A DNA stretch of 64,000 nt, taken from NCBI GenBank assembly GCA_965247095.1, contig OZ251997.1:1824001-1888000 (forward strand), written 5' to 3'. Positions within the stretch are counted from its first letter, which is position 1; each line of letters opens with the position of its first letter. The notes below the pieces were generated by a model that did no database searches, had not been told where the DNA came from, and was given only the letters and a program-made list of their open reading frames with translations. A program made the position numbers and the translations under genes. Origin of the DNA: Candidatus Multivorans sp. (lineage in GTDB: Bacteria > Acidobacteriota > Thermoanaerobaculia > Multivoradales > Multivoraceae). Shown piece after piece: positions 9,055 through 18,800 of this stretch.

Positions 9055-10052
9055 TGGCGGCAAGGTCCCTGGCCCGGCAGGTCGGCGTCGCGCCGGCGTG
9101 CCGGGCGCTGGGCGTATCGCGATCGACCTTCTATCGTCGTGCGAGGCCCGCTCCCGGGCGACGGCAGCCCCGCCCCACGCCTGCCCGGGCACTGAGCCAG
9201 ATCGAGCGGAAACGGGTCGAGGCCACGCTTGCGTCGCCGCGTTTCGTCGATCGTTCGCCGGGAGAAGTGGTGGCCACCCTGCTCGACGAGGGCCGCTACC
9301 TGTGCTCGGAGCGCACGATGTACCGCATCCTCGAAGCGAACCACCCCGTGAGGGACCGCCGCAACCAGCGCGTCCATCCGTCGTACGCCAAGCCGGAGCT
9401 GGTCGCTGTCGCGCCCAACCAGGTCTGGTCGTGGGACATCACCAGGCTGCTCGGACCGCAGACCTGGACCTACTACTACCTCTACGTCCTGCTTGACCTC
9501 CTAAGCCGCTACGCGGTCGGCTGGATGGTCGCCGACCGCGAGAACTCCGCGCTCGCCCAAAGGCTCATCGAGGAGACCTGCCTCAAGCACGGCGTCAAGC
9601 CCCATGTCCTGACCCTGCATTCCGATCGAGGCGCCCCCATGACCAGCCAGGGTACCGCCCAACTGCTCGCCCGCCTCGGCGTGAACCGGTCCTTGGGCCG
9701 CCCGCGGGTCAGCGACGACAACCCCTACTCCGAAGCACAGTTCAAGACCCTCAAGTACCACCCCGACTTCCCCAGCCGCTTCCCCAACCAGGACGCCGCG
9801 ACCGACTACTGCAGGTCCTTCTTCCCCTGGTACAACACCGAACACCGCCATGCCGGCATCGCCATGCTGACCCCCGAGACCGTCCACTACGGCCGGGCGC
9901 AAGCCGTGATCGAGCAGCGCCAACGCACGCTGAGCGCCGCCTGGGAAAGCTCCCCCGAACGATTCGTCGGCGGCCAACCGATGCATACGCCACTGCCCCA
10001 GGCCGTCTGGATCAACAAGCCCGACAACGAGACTGCAGAGACGACTCAGTAA
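9054..10052 (+). CDS. IS3 transposase OrfB (DDE)
   Basis: PNQVWSWDIT, LHSDRG, DDNPYSEAQFKTLKY; ATG overlaps the orfA TGA. Confidence 0.92.
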   Translation: MAARSLARQVGVAPACRALGVSRSTFYRRARPAPGRRQPRPTPARALSQIERKRVEATLASPRFVDRSPGEVVATLLDEGRYLCSERTMYRILEANHPVRDRRNQRVHPSYAKPELVAVAPNQVWSWDITRLLGPQTWTYYYLYVLLDLLSRYAVGWMVADRENSALAQRLIEETCLKHGVKPHVLTLHSDRGAPMTSQGTAQLLARLGVNRSLGRPRVSDDNPYSEAQFKTLKYHPDFPSRFPNQDAATDYCRSFFPWYNTEHRHAGIAMLTPETVHYGRAQAVIEQRQRTLSAAWESSPERFVGGQPMHTPLPQAVWINKPDNETAETTQ

Positions 10053-10092
10053 ATCCAGAACCCCGCTGTGTCAATGTCGTTGACAGGTTCCG

Positions 10093-10914
10093 GTAGATCG
10101 CTACGTCAGACACCTCGATGAGCGGCACTTCCGCCTTCTCGCCCTCCACCTCCACCACCAACCGTTCTCCACTCTTCCTCAGCCGGGCCCGCGGTGTTTG
10201 CACATAGAGCGGTCGGGCCGGGTCGTCCGACGGATTGAGCGGCCTCGGCGGCCCACCGCTGTCGAACAGGTTCGTTTCGTCAGGGAGGCAGATTCCAGCA
10301 AGCGAACAACGTGGGCACTTGGGACTGTCCCGCAGCGGGGGCGGTCGACGTCCCGCCGCAGCAGCCGACCGCAATCCTGAGATGGCATCGTGGGTTGCCG
10401 CGCGAAGCTGGTCATCGAGGACCACGGGGACCCTCTCGCGGGAACCGACATACCAGAGGGCGCCCTGCTCCACCCGGTAGCCGTTGTCTTCAAGGATCAT
10501 CGCCTGCGCGCAGACCTGGACCCGTTCCGGCTCGTAAGCTCCAGCCGCGACATGGGGCCTCTTGCCCTTCTTGAAGTCGACTGGCATGGCAACGCCGTCT
10601 TCCATGTCCACGACATCCATCTTGGCGATGATCCCCAAGCGCTGCGAGGACATCGTGACTCCCCGCGCACGGCGAAAATCCTCGTCCGCGTCCTCGGGCG
10701 CCGGGAGGTTCCCACCTCCCGCATCCACCCGCTGGTGCGACCTCCGTCCTTCCGCCGTGTCCCCGCTGTCGGCCCATTCACCCTCCACCCACTCCAGATA
10801 GGCGAGCCGCGGGCAGTACACCCACTCGTTGACCATCCGCACCGGCACAAGTTCCTCGCCGCGACCGGCCGCGGGCGGCGGGAGATTCAGGAGGAGCTGC
10901 GACTCACGAGACAT
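10093..10914 (-). pseudogene. cas4/cas1: Cas4-Cas1 fusion truncated by IS (Cas4 intact, only the start of Cas1 left)
   Basis: VRMVNEWVYCPRLAY, PVDFKKG, QVCAQ, SPKCPRCSLAGICLPDE, then PLYVQTP...IEVSDVAIY|IS. Confidence 0.9.
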
Positions 10915-11886
10915 TCACTGTTCGAACGGGACCTCCGCTCTCGTGAAACTCATGAACTTCCCCACCGAGATTCGCCTTGCGCGTCGAATCTCGACAACAC
11001 CCTGGGCGATGAGGGCGTTCGGGTCGTCAAGCCGCGGATGTCCCAGCAAGCCGCGGATTCCAGCCAGGCTCACGAACTCGCTCCAAATCGGCCATCTGAA
11101 GGCGAAGCTGCCGTCTGCCTCGCGGTCGCCCCCAAGGACCACCAGCTTCACCTGACCGAATCGCCGCCTGGGCACGACCGTTAGGGCGGAAAAGCCGATG
11201 GCCGCGAGCCTGTTGGCCCCGTGCTGCGTGGTCTCCCTGTCGTCGCTTGGAGCCCGTGCACGCAGCGCATAGCGCACGTCCTCGTGCGGATCCCAGCGGA
11301 ACGATGATGTCGCATCGAGGCGGCGCCATTGCGTGAACAACGCTTCACGCAGGCACTCCGTCTCCGAGATTGCGACCTTCATGAACCCGACCCTTCGAAC
11401 CGGCGGGATCCTGTTTCGCGGAACCGACGCGAGACGCTCCAAGAAGTACTGATGCCCTTGACCGAACATGAGGCAAAGCGGCGTCGGTTCGACCTTCTTG
11501 CCGTCGCGTGTGATCGCGGCATCGCTCACGAGAGCCGCCCAGAGATCGGCCGCGTTTCGGTCGCGGCACGCGGCGCCGGCAGCCCTACGCAAGTTTCGGA
11601 CAGCGTCCTCGGGAGAGAGCGTCAGGTTCTTGATCCCGTCGAAGTCGTGTCGTCGCGCTAGCTCTTCGAGTCCTTCCGCGACGGCCTCCAACACTCCCGC
11701 CTCGCCCACGGTCTCCGGCACCCGCAATACCGGCCGGAGCGGCGGCTTGTCGACCGTCCAAGAGACCCGAGGGCACCACTCGGGTCGCGCCTCCTCGAGG
11801 ACCCGCAGTAGGCCCAGCAACGCAAGAAAGGCCAGCAGGTTGTCGGGCTCCAGGCCGTCGAGCCGATGGACCGCATAGCCCCTCAC
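10915..11886 (-). CDS. Type I-G CRISPR-associated protein, short Cas8g-like large subunit
   Basis: HRLDGLEPDNLLAFLALLGLLR N-terminus, GQGHQYF, FRWDP, GANRLAAIG; lies between cas3 and cas4/1. Confidence 0.72.
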   Translation of the reverse strand: MRGYAVHRLDGLEPDNLLAFLALLGLLRVLEEARPEWCPRVSWTVDKPPLRPVLRVPETVGEAGVLEAVAEGLEELARRHDFDGIKNLTLSPEDAVRNLRRAAGAACRDRNAADLWAALVSDAAITRDGKKVEPTPLCLMFGQGHQYFLERLASVPRNRIPPVRRVGFMKVAISETECLREALFTQWRRLDATSSFRWDPHEDVRYALRARAPSDDRETTQHGANRLAAIGFSALTVVPRRRFGQVKLVVLGGDREADGSFAFRWPIWSEFVSLAGIRGLLGHPRLDDPNALIAQGVVEIRRARRISVGKFMSFTRAEVPFEQ

Positions 11887-13788
11887 GTCTCACTCTCCGC
11901 TTCTGACACCCGGTGGTCGGCAAGACGCAGGATTGCTTCCAGGTGAGCCAGCCCCCAAATGCCGTACCCTCGCTTCAGATCCTCGAAAAGGGACGGCCAA
12001 TCGCTACCACCCAGATCGAACGCCAGGGACTGCGGTCCCTGCTGGTCGGCCGGCAAGCGCCAATCGCCCACATCCAGGCAGGCCTGCGGCTGTTCCGGCT
12101 GCGGGTCGAGGAAATCGAAGAACGGACGGCCGCGGCCGTGGTGGCTTCCAATCAGCCAGAGTACAAGAGCCCTGTCACGTGCGCCTGCCACACGCGGGTG
12201 AGCACGCGCCATCTGCACCGACAGTGCCTCGTGTCGCCAACCCCTCGGCAGACCGGCGTTCGCCCATGCAGTCGGTGACCACGCCCGTCCACTCTTGGCC
12301 AAGGGCGGGCCGTCGGGGCGGTTCCAGGGGTCGCCGCCCGACAGCATGATTTGGAATCGTGGATCGGCTTTGCCTCCGTCGTGCAGAAGAGCGGCGAGGC
12401 CCAGATCGCTCGCCTCCTCGAGGTCCATGGCCCGAGCGAAGCTCTCAGCGGAGCAAGCGACCCGCCGGGCATGATCATCGATGTACACCGGCCCACTGGA
12501 GGTAAGGGACATCGTTTCGTCTTCGGTCGCGGGGGCGGCGACGGTCGATCTGACCCCGTCCTCAATCCCCCGCTCGGCGACGAGGATCGCACCGCGCCTT
12601 CGGCCTCTTCCATAGGCGCGGTGAACGACGACCCGTCCCCTGGCGCGCCGCAGCGCATCGAGAGGGCCCATCGCGTCGCGCAGAGACCGATTCTCGCTCG
12701 ATTCCTCGTCGGCCTCCGCGGTCCTCACCGAGGGAAGTGCTTCAAGAAGCCGGTTCACGAGAGTGGAACCGGCAAGGCTCTCGTCCTCGAGCACGGCTGA
12801 CAGCCGGTCCCACTGCGCCTCCGTTTGCGCCACATCGCGCGCGATCCGAACCGCCCATCGACGCCCCGCGTAGGGAGCCGCCGCCCGATCGGCCACATCA
12901 CCGACCGGATGAACGGAATCGGGCGCCCAGCCAAACCTGTCACAACCACCGTACTCGGATGGAACGACCACGAGATCGCCGGTCCGCAAGTCGTTCGAAC
13001 GGACGACGCCAGTGCGCGAGCCGTCGTGACCAGCCCAACGGAAGACGGGTCGCCCTCCGACTTGGTCAAAGGCCGCGCCTCCGCTCTTGGCCTCGCGCGC
13101 CGGTGCATCCGAAACATCCACGGGCGCTTCGCCCGCTCGACGCAACCACGACCGTGCCGCGTTGAGCGGGACTTCAACCGCCTCGGCGGCGCGCGGCGGG
13201 ACCAGACGAACTACTTCCCCTAGGTCGGTCCCGAATCCATCCGCGAGATCGGCCTCGGAAAGGTCGCCACGCCAGACTATGGAGACGCCGGCTGCCGTCC
13301 GTTCGGCCCCATGCAGAAAGAGCGAGACCTCCGGGTCCGCCGCTGGAACCGGCGATGTCTGCGACCAGAGATCTAGATAGGCGGGCATGACGACAGGTGC
13401 ATCCTGCCGCTCTGCAGCGAGGCCGTCCGGGTCGATTTCAGCCTCACGAAGGCGGTTCGGCAGAACTTCGACACCGAAGTCCATGGTCCCGCCCTTGGCG
13501 ATTCCTTTGAGCGCCTCCCAAGTCAGGCGAATCCGGTCACCGTAGACTGGATCGTCGGCTTTCTTGGCGACATCCTCCTTTCGAGCCAGTACCACGCCTT
13601 CCGCGGCAACCAGCCTCCCGGCCCGGTTCAGCCGACCGAAACGTTGGCGCAGAGCGTCGAGTGAAGCAGCCTGCGTGACCAAGCCGTCGAGGTCGAGATC
13701 GACGCCCACTTCGAGACACTGGGTCGCGACGACGAAAAGCGGATTCGCCTCTGCACGTTCATCTCCACCGGTTCGGAAAGGCGCCAAC

Positions 13789-14871
13789 CTAGCGTACTGT
13801 CTCCAACATGGCTTTACCACGTGTAACCTTTGCGATGATGCTGTCGGCGGTGGCCGTCCAGACGAACGGCCGGGAGTTTTCGTTGCTGTGCTCCACGTAG
13901 TCGTAGATGGTCTTTACGAGGTCGTTGACGCTCTGGAATGCACCGCGCCGGATCGCCTTCGTGGTCAGACCGCCCAGCCAGCGTTCGACCAGGTTGAGCC
14001 AGGGCGACGAAGTGGGAATGAAATGGAAGTGGAAGCGAGGCTTTCGCTCCAGCCATGCGCGCACGGCGGCGTGTTTGTGGGTCTGGTAGTTGTCCAGGAT
14101 CAGGTGCAGGTCGAGATGCTTCGGGATCTCACGGTCGAGACGCTTGAGGAAACGGAGAAACTCCTGGTGGCGCTGCCGGCCCATGCACTCCGCGATCACC
14201 GTGCCCTCCAACACGTTCAGCGCAGCGAACAACGTCGTCGTCCCGTTGCGCTTGTAGTCGTGGGTCATCGTTCCCGCGCGGCCGCGCTTGAGCGGCAAGC
14301 CCGGCTGGGTCCGGTCCAGAGCCTGGATCTGGCTCTTCTCGTCCACGCACAGCACAAGCGCGTTCTCGGGCGGATTCCGGTACAGGCCCACAACGTCCCG
14401 CAGCTTTTCCACGAACCTGGGGTCGTTGCTCAGCTTGAACGTCTTGACCAGATGGGGCTTCAGCCCGTGCGCCACCCAGATGCGCTGGACCGCCGCCGGA
14501 CTGATGCCCTGGGCCCGAGCCATCGAACGCACGCTCCAGTGGGTCTGACCGGGCGGCTTCTCGTGCAGCGTCGCTTCGATCACTTTACGCACGACCGACT
14601 CCGAGAGCGGCGGCTTTCCGCAACCGCGGGGACGATCCCTGGTCAGCCCCGAAGGTCCGTCCTCCGCGAACCGACGACGCCACAGCAGCACCGTGGGCCG
14701 CGAAACGCCGAGTTTCGCCGCAATCGCCCGATTGGCCGTGCCCTCCGCCGCAGCGAGCACGATCCGGCTACGCCGGACCGTGCGTTGCGTCGTCGTCGGC
14801 GCCTCTACCCATTTCTTGAGAAGCGCTCGATCCCTCTCTTCGATGTGAAGTCGTTCCGCTGGTTCCCACAT
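13789..14871 (-). CDS. IS630 transposase
   Basis: CVDEKSQIQALDR, HDYKRNGTTTLFAAL, LILDNYQTH, WLNLVERW. Confidence 0.95.
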   Translation of the reverse strand: MWEPAERLHIEERDRALLKKWVEAPTTTQRTVRRSRIVLAAAEGTANRAIAAKLGVSRPTVLLWRRRFAEDGPSGLTRDRPRGCGKPPLSESVVRKVIEATLHEKPPGQTHWSVRSMARAQGISPAAVQRIWVAHGLKPHLVKTFKLSNDPRFVEKLRDVVGLYRNPPENALVLCVDEKSQIQALDRTQPGLPLKRGRAGTMTHDYKRNGTTTLFAALNVLEGTVIAECMGRQRHQEFLRFLKRLDREIPKHLDLHLILDNYQTHKHAAVRAWLERKPRFHFHFIPTSSPWLNLVERWLGGLTTKAIRRGAFQSVNDLVKTIYDYVEHSNENSRPFVWTATADSIIAKVTRGKAMLETVR

Positions 14872-14930
14872 GAACGGAATACTGACGAACTTGCCCGAGC
14901 CTGTCAACCCAAGTCGGAGACATTACACTA
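13790..14930 (-). mobile_element. IS630-family insertion sequence
   Basis: IRs TAGCGTACTGTCTCC / TAGTGTAATGTCTCC, CTAG at both ends (13789, 14928), consistent with a duplicated TA. Confidence 0.93.
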
Positions 14931-15939
14931 GCAACCACGTCATCCCGATCCACGCCGCGCGACCGCCCGATCATCAGGAGGGAATCGGCCATGCCGTCGC
15001 ATTGCAGCGACTCGTAGACACTCCGCGCTAGAGCGACACGGTTGACGACGACGCCCACGGCCGGCGGCGAAACTCCGCTCCTCTGAAGCCGAGCCATCAT
15101 CTCGCGAACCTCTTTCGCGAACACCCCGCCGACGGCTTCGACCAAGCCGGGGACCGGCGGCCTCAACGCGGTGGGCTTCCGCGCTTCAAGCCGCTTCTTC
15201 AATTCGGAATGCTCTCGATCCTCCTGGGAAAGCCCGAAGGGCCGTTCAGCCTTCGCTCCCGGAGTGGCAGACATAAGCGCCACGCCCATCTTGGCCTTGC
15301 CGATCTTTCTCACCGCCTCAAGCGTCTGCCGGAACGGCTCCGAGAGATGTGCCTCGTCCAGAAGAATCAGGCTGTGGGTCCCAAGCAAGCCCGCGTGAAC
15401 GGGCTTCATACGGTCCGAAACACCGTAGCCGCGAAACAGCAAGCGCGAACCAACCTGATCGACGGTGGAACAGAGGATCGTCGGTTGCGTGGGGGTGCGC
15501 GCCCAGTCATGCTCAAGCGGTGCGCCCCCGCGCAGCCGCTGCGCGACCAGCGGAGGATTGCCTCTACCGGCCAATACCTGCAGGCGGCGTGCGACCTCGC
15601 CGATGACGCCGCTTCCGTCGGGATCTCGTCCCGAGGCGCCGAGAAGCGCCGCCGCGATCTTCTCCGCGCGGGCAAACGCATCGTCCACGACGAGGCGGCG
15701 ATCGACGACAAGCGCGATCCGCAAGGCTGCCCTAGCCGCCACTTTGAAGCGCAGCGCCAAGTGGAACACCGCCGCGTCCAGGGCCGCCGTCTTTCCCGAA
15801 CCGGTCGGAAGATCCAGTACGTCCGGCCACTCGTCGGAATCAGCGAGGCGGTCAACCAACGCCTGCTGCCAAGGGAACGGCTGGTGGCAATGAACGGCCC
15901 CCAGGAACTCAGCGAAGTGGGCGGAAGAAAGCTCCACGG

Positions 15940-17382
15940 TCAGCGCCCCACGCCGCGACAGAGCCCAAGGCCGGTGAACCGTCCCGCACCGAGCAGGACG
16001 GGGCCTCTCATTTGTTGCTCGAAGTCGATGACTACATGGACCAGTTGTCGGCTCTTCAGCGAGTCCGGCACCTTCCAACGAGTCCAGGGCGGCTCGCTGG
16101 TCAAGCGGCGCGCCGGCGGCGCACCCCCCACCATCGAGTGCTTGCCGACCTGAAGCCGCTCAAGGTCCGGGCAGGGCAGCCCCGCATTCTCGCAGGCGTG
16201 CGCCACCAACTCCCGAACTTCGGCTTCATCCCCACGCTTCAGATGCCTTTCCATCACCATGGGCGTCACGCTGGCCCACACACGCGACTCCTTCACGTAG
16301 GGACCAGGAGAAAGCGACCGTTTGCGTGCTCCGTCAACCGCTGCAGGCGCGAGACCGAGCGGCCCGAACAGTGGCGACCCGTGCAACGTCAACACTCGCC
16401 GCTGCTCGGCGGCCCGATAGGGCGCCACCGCCTCGAAGGCGGCTCTGAATCCCTCGATGCGGGCAAGCGACTCCCCGCCCGGCCGAATCAAACCGAAACC
16501 GAAGACGCGCCCGTCAGCATGGGTGGAGCCCACGAAGGGCATGGGCACGATCGCCAGATGGGGATTCCGGGTGGGTTTGCCGTCCGAATCATGGCCTGAC
16601 ACAACTTCTGGTATCGCGTCTTTCCGACCCACTCTCCGGTAACCGCACATCAACGCTTGGCGCAACAGGCGACAAACGAGAGCTGCTGCTCGAACATCTG
16701 GAACCTCGCCCTCAACAGCTTCAAGGATGAGCCACTCGGCCGACGCCTTGGAGCCGGACTGCCGCTCGGGAAGGACAGGCGCACCGGGCCGGATCACAGG
16801 ACGCTCCGGTCTGGCGATATGCGCCTCCTCCAACTCCCGCAGGCGCCCGGGATAGACGCGGCGTTCGGCGCGGATTGGGTTTCGGCCCCGCCTCTTCCGG
16901 TCGGCTGTCAGAAAACGGCACCGCGCCAGACTCGCCGAATGACCGATGTATCCGACGCAGCTCGCGAGCGAGTTCAACGCGTCCAGCACCAGCGGCTCCG
17001 GTGGAGCCTGCCAGATCAGTTCGACGAGCGGGTCGTCGGGGCGAGCCACCGGAAAGCGCCGCGGCTGCCGTTGACGTCGCTCCGGCAGCACCCTCAGGTA
17101 CCGCGTCGCCGCCTTCGATTGCTTGGCATCGTTCGGTGGGACGAACACCTCAGGTGTTGTCCTCGCGTTGTAGCGGCTGGCCCGAATACTCGGTGGTGGC
17201 TGCCGCTCCAGCCACTCAAGAGCGGCCCGCTCCTCGGGCCGCTCGCCTCGCGCGGCCCAAGCTGAGACAAGTGCCGAGAACACCCGGTCAGGTTGGGGTG
17301 GCCAGTCCGGCCTGTCGTCGCCCGGTTCGCGCGCGGCGCGGCAAACACCGGTCAGGAGCTCAATCTCTAGAACGAAGCTCAC
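15940..17382 (-). CDS. csb2: Type I-G Csb2 (Cas5/Cas6 fusion)
   Basis: DWPPQPDRVFSALV, YIGHSAS, WASVTP, GPVLLGAGRFTGLGLC G-rich loop. Confidence 0.92.
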   Translation of the reverse strand: MSFVLEIELLTGVCRAAREPGDDRPDWPPQPDRVFSALVSAWAARGERPEERAALEWLERQPPPSIRASRYNARTTPEVFVPPNDAKQSKAATRYLRVLPERRQRQPRRFPVARPDDPLVELIWQAPPEPLVLDALNSLASCVGYIGHSASLARCRFLTADRKRRGRNPIRAERRVYPGRLRELEEAHIARPERPVIRPGAPVLPERQSGSKASAEWLILEAVEGEVPDVRAAALVCRLLRQALMCGYRRVGRKDAIPEVVSGHDSDGKPTRNPHLAIVPMPFVGSTHADGRVFGFGLIRPGGESLARIEGFRAAFEAVAPYRAAEQRRVLTLHGSPLFGPLGLAPAAVDGARKRSLSPGPYVKESRVWASVTPMVMERHLKRGDEAEVRELVAHACENAGLPCPDLERLQVGKHSMVGGAPPARRLTSEPPWTRWKVPDSLKSRQLVHVVIDFEQQMRGPVLLGAGRFTGLGLCRGVGR

Positions 17383-18629
17383 TTGTCGTTCTCGTCCTCG
17401 CCACCTTCGCCTTCCAAAGCCAGTTCTCGGCTGCGCCGGACGATCTCGACAAGCTTCTCTTGCGGCTCGAGCGTGAGCGAGCGGAACTTGAAACCCGCCA
17501 TCTCCGCCTCCCCATAGGCCTCCCGATACAGTGCCCGGGCCGAAGCACGGTTAAGCTCGAGCGCCGTTGTCGAGCCGTCAGCATGTACGAGTTCAAGCGG
17601 GGCGTCGCCGTCGCAGACGAGGTCACAGCGCGAACGCAGCGAGTAGCCGCGCGCGTCCTGCTCGGCCAGCGCCAACAGCCCGAGGGAAGCAATCAGAGAG
17701 CGCCCGGCCACGTCCCGCTCACTCCCTCCGAAGCGCAGCCGCCTAAGCCCTGCCAGCGTAATCGTCGCGCGGTGTTCGGCATGGTCGCAAGTGACGCCGA
17801 GAGGCACCACGGTAGGAGCGATGTTGCTGTGGTTTATCTCGGAGGGCCGGACCTTCTTGGCCTTCTTCCCCGCAGCAGTCTGGTTCGTACTCCAATCCGA
17901 AACCGAGGCCCCCTTGAAGACCTCCACCTTTCGGAGGATGCCCAGCGGGTCGATCCGGCTCCCCGTACGACGACCGGCGGTTCGCGCGTGCACTTCGCCC
18001 GTGCGCCGGTCAACCACGACCTCGTCGACCGGCGTGTCGACAGCCATGATCTCGGAGACGAGCGCTCGCGGGAACTTCGCGCCAAGCCCTCCGCCTTCTC
18101 CCTGGCTGTGCCAGGCACCAAACAAGAGCGCTGTGGGCGAGAGTTCCAGCAATGCCGTCGCGGCAGCGGGTTTCGCTGCCGCAAGACGCCGGCCCTCGGA
18201 ACTCTGCATGAATGGCTCGCCTTCAAAGAGACTGTCCCTCAGAATGGCGTCGTAGACCCGGTGTGGGGCTTCCAGCGACGTGATCCGTTCCAACGGCTCC
18301 AAGCCTGCACCACGGAAGTCCACCGAGACATACGGAAGCCGCACCATCCCGTCTCCACCCTCTTCCTCGACCACCGCCAACAAGGCTTCTTCAAGCCGGT
18401 TGGCCTGACTTTGGACGCTGTCGACTAGGACGCACCAGACTTCTCCACTATCTACGCGCCGCCGTTCGAAGACGTGGCGCGGCGGGTCGGTTCTGCGCTC
18501 GCCCGGATAGGTCGGGGGGAAGATCTTGTCGCCCCTACCGCCGACCGGCTGCAGTTTCCGAATTCGACGAAACGCGGCGTCCTCACGAACCGCGTCGGCC
18601 AAGGCTTGCACACTCAAATCGATAGTCAT
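17379..18629 (-). CDS. csb1: Type I-G Csb1 (Cas7)
   Basis: LQPVGGRGDKIFPPTY, VDSVQSQANRLE, EAPHRVYDA, PTALLFGAW; ATG 18629 with GGAGA RBS. Confidence 0.93.
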   Translation of the reverse strand: MTIDLSVQALADAVREDAAFRRIRKLQPVGGRGDKIFPPTYPGERRTDPPRHVFERRRVDSGEVWCVLVDSVQSQANRLEEALLAVVEEEGGDGMVRLPYVSVDFRGAGLEPLERITSLEAPHRVYDAILRDSLFEGEPFMQSSEGRRLAAAKPAAATALLELSPTALLFGAWHSQGEGGGLGAKFPRALVSEIMAVDTPVDEVVVDRRTGEVHARTAGRRTGSRIDPLGILRKVEVFKGASVSDWSTNQTAAGKKAKKVRPSEINHSNIAPTVVPLGVTCDHAEHRATITLAGLRRLRFGGSERDVAGRSLIASLGLLALAEQDARGYSLRSRCDLVCDGDAPLELVHADGSTTALELNRASARALYREAYGEAEMAGFKFRSLTLEPQEKLVEIVRRSRELALEGEGGEDENDK

Positions 18630-18668
18630 CGTTCGTTTCTCCACCGAGTTACGGAATCGGAATCAGGA

Positions 18669-18702
18669 ACTGTAACCGCCCGAGGTCTCAGAACCTGACA
18701 CC
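18669..18702 (-). promoter_or_regulatory. Candidate cas-operon promoter with imperfect palindrome (putative WYL operator)
   Basis: Minus strand GTGTCAG-GTT-CTGAGAC, then 10 nt, then TACAGT (-10-like). Confidence 0.45.
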
Positions 18703-18800
18703 GGCTATGCAGCAGGAACCCGGCACATCTCCCGCTTCCCATTTCGAGGGGGCGCATTTAGCGCGCACCGGCTGCTCGGGCCGGTCTGCCAGACCGACGG

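Larger units (their letters stand above)
8501..10092 (+). mobile_element. IS3-family insertion sequence
   Basis: Imperfect terminal IRs TGCCAACGTACGTGACACAGCGG (8501) / TGTCAACGACATTGACACAGCGG (rc, ending 10085; right end may extend to 10092); orfA + orfB; no target duplication seen. Confidence 0.88.
11883..15937 (-). pseudogene. cas3: Type I-G Cas3 helicase-nuclease (C-terminal HD) interrupted by IS630
   Basis: PFPWQ, LPTGSGKT, VDRRLVVD, STVDQVGSRLLFRGYG, LDEAH, ATQCLEVGVDLD, QRFGRLNR, C-terminal HDGGKADPRFQ and LRLADH. Confidence 0.93.

Noticed and set aside
18630-18800. Possible mini CRISPR array between WYL and csb1
   Set aside because: No direct repeats of 25 bp or more are visible
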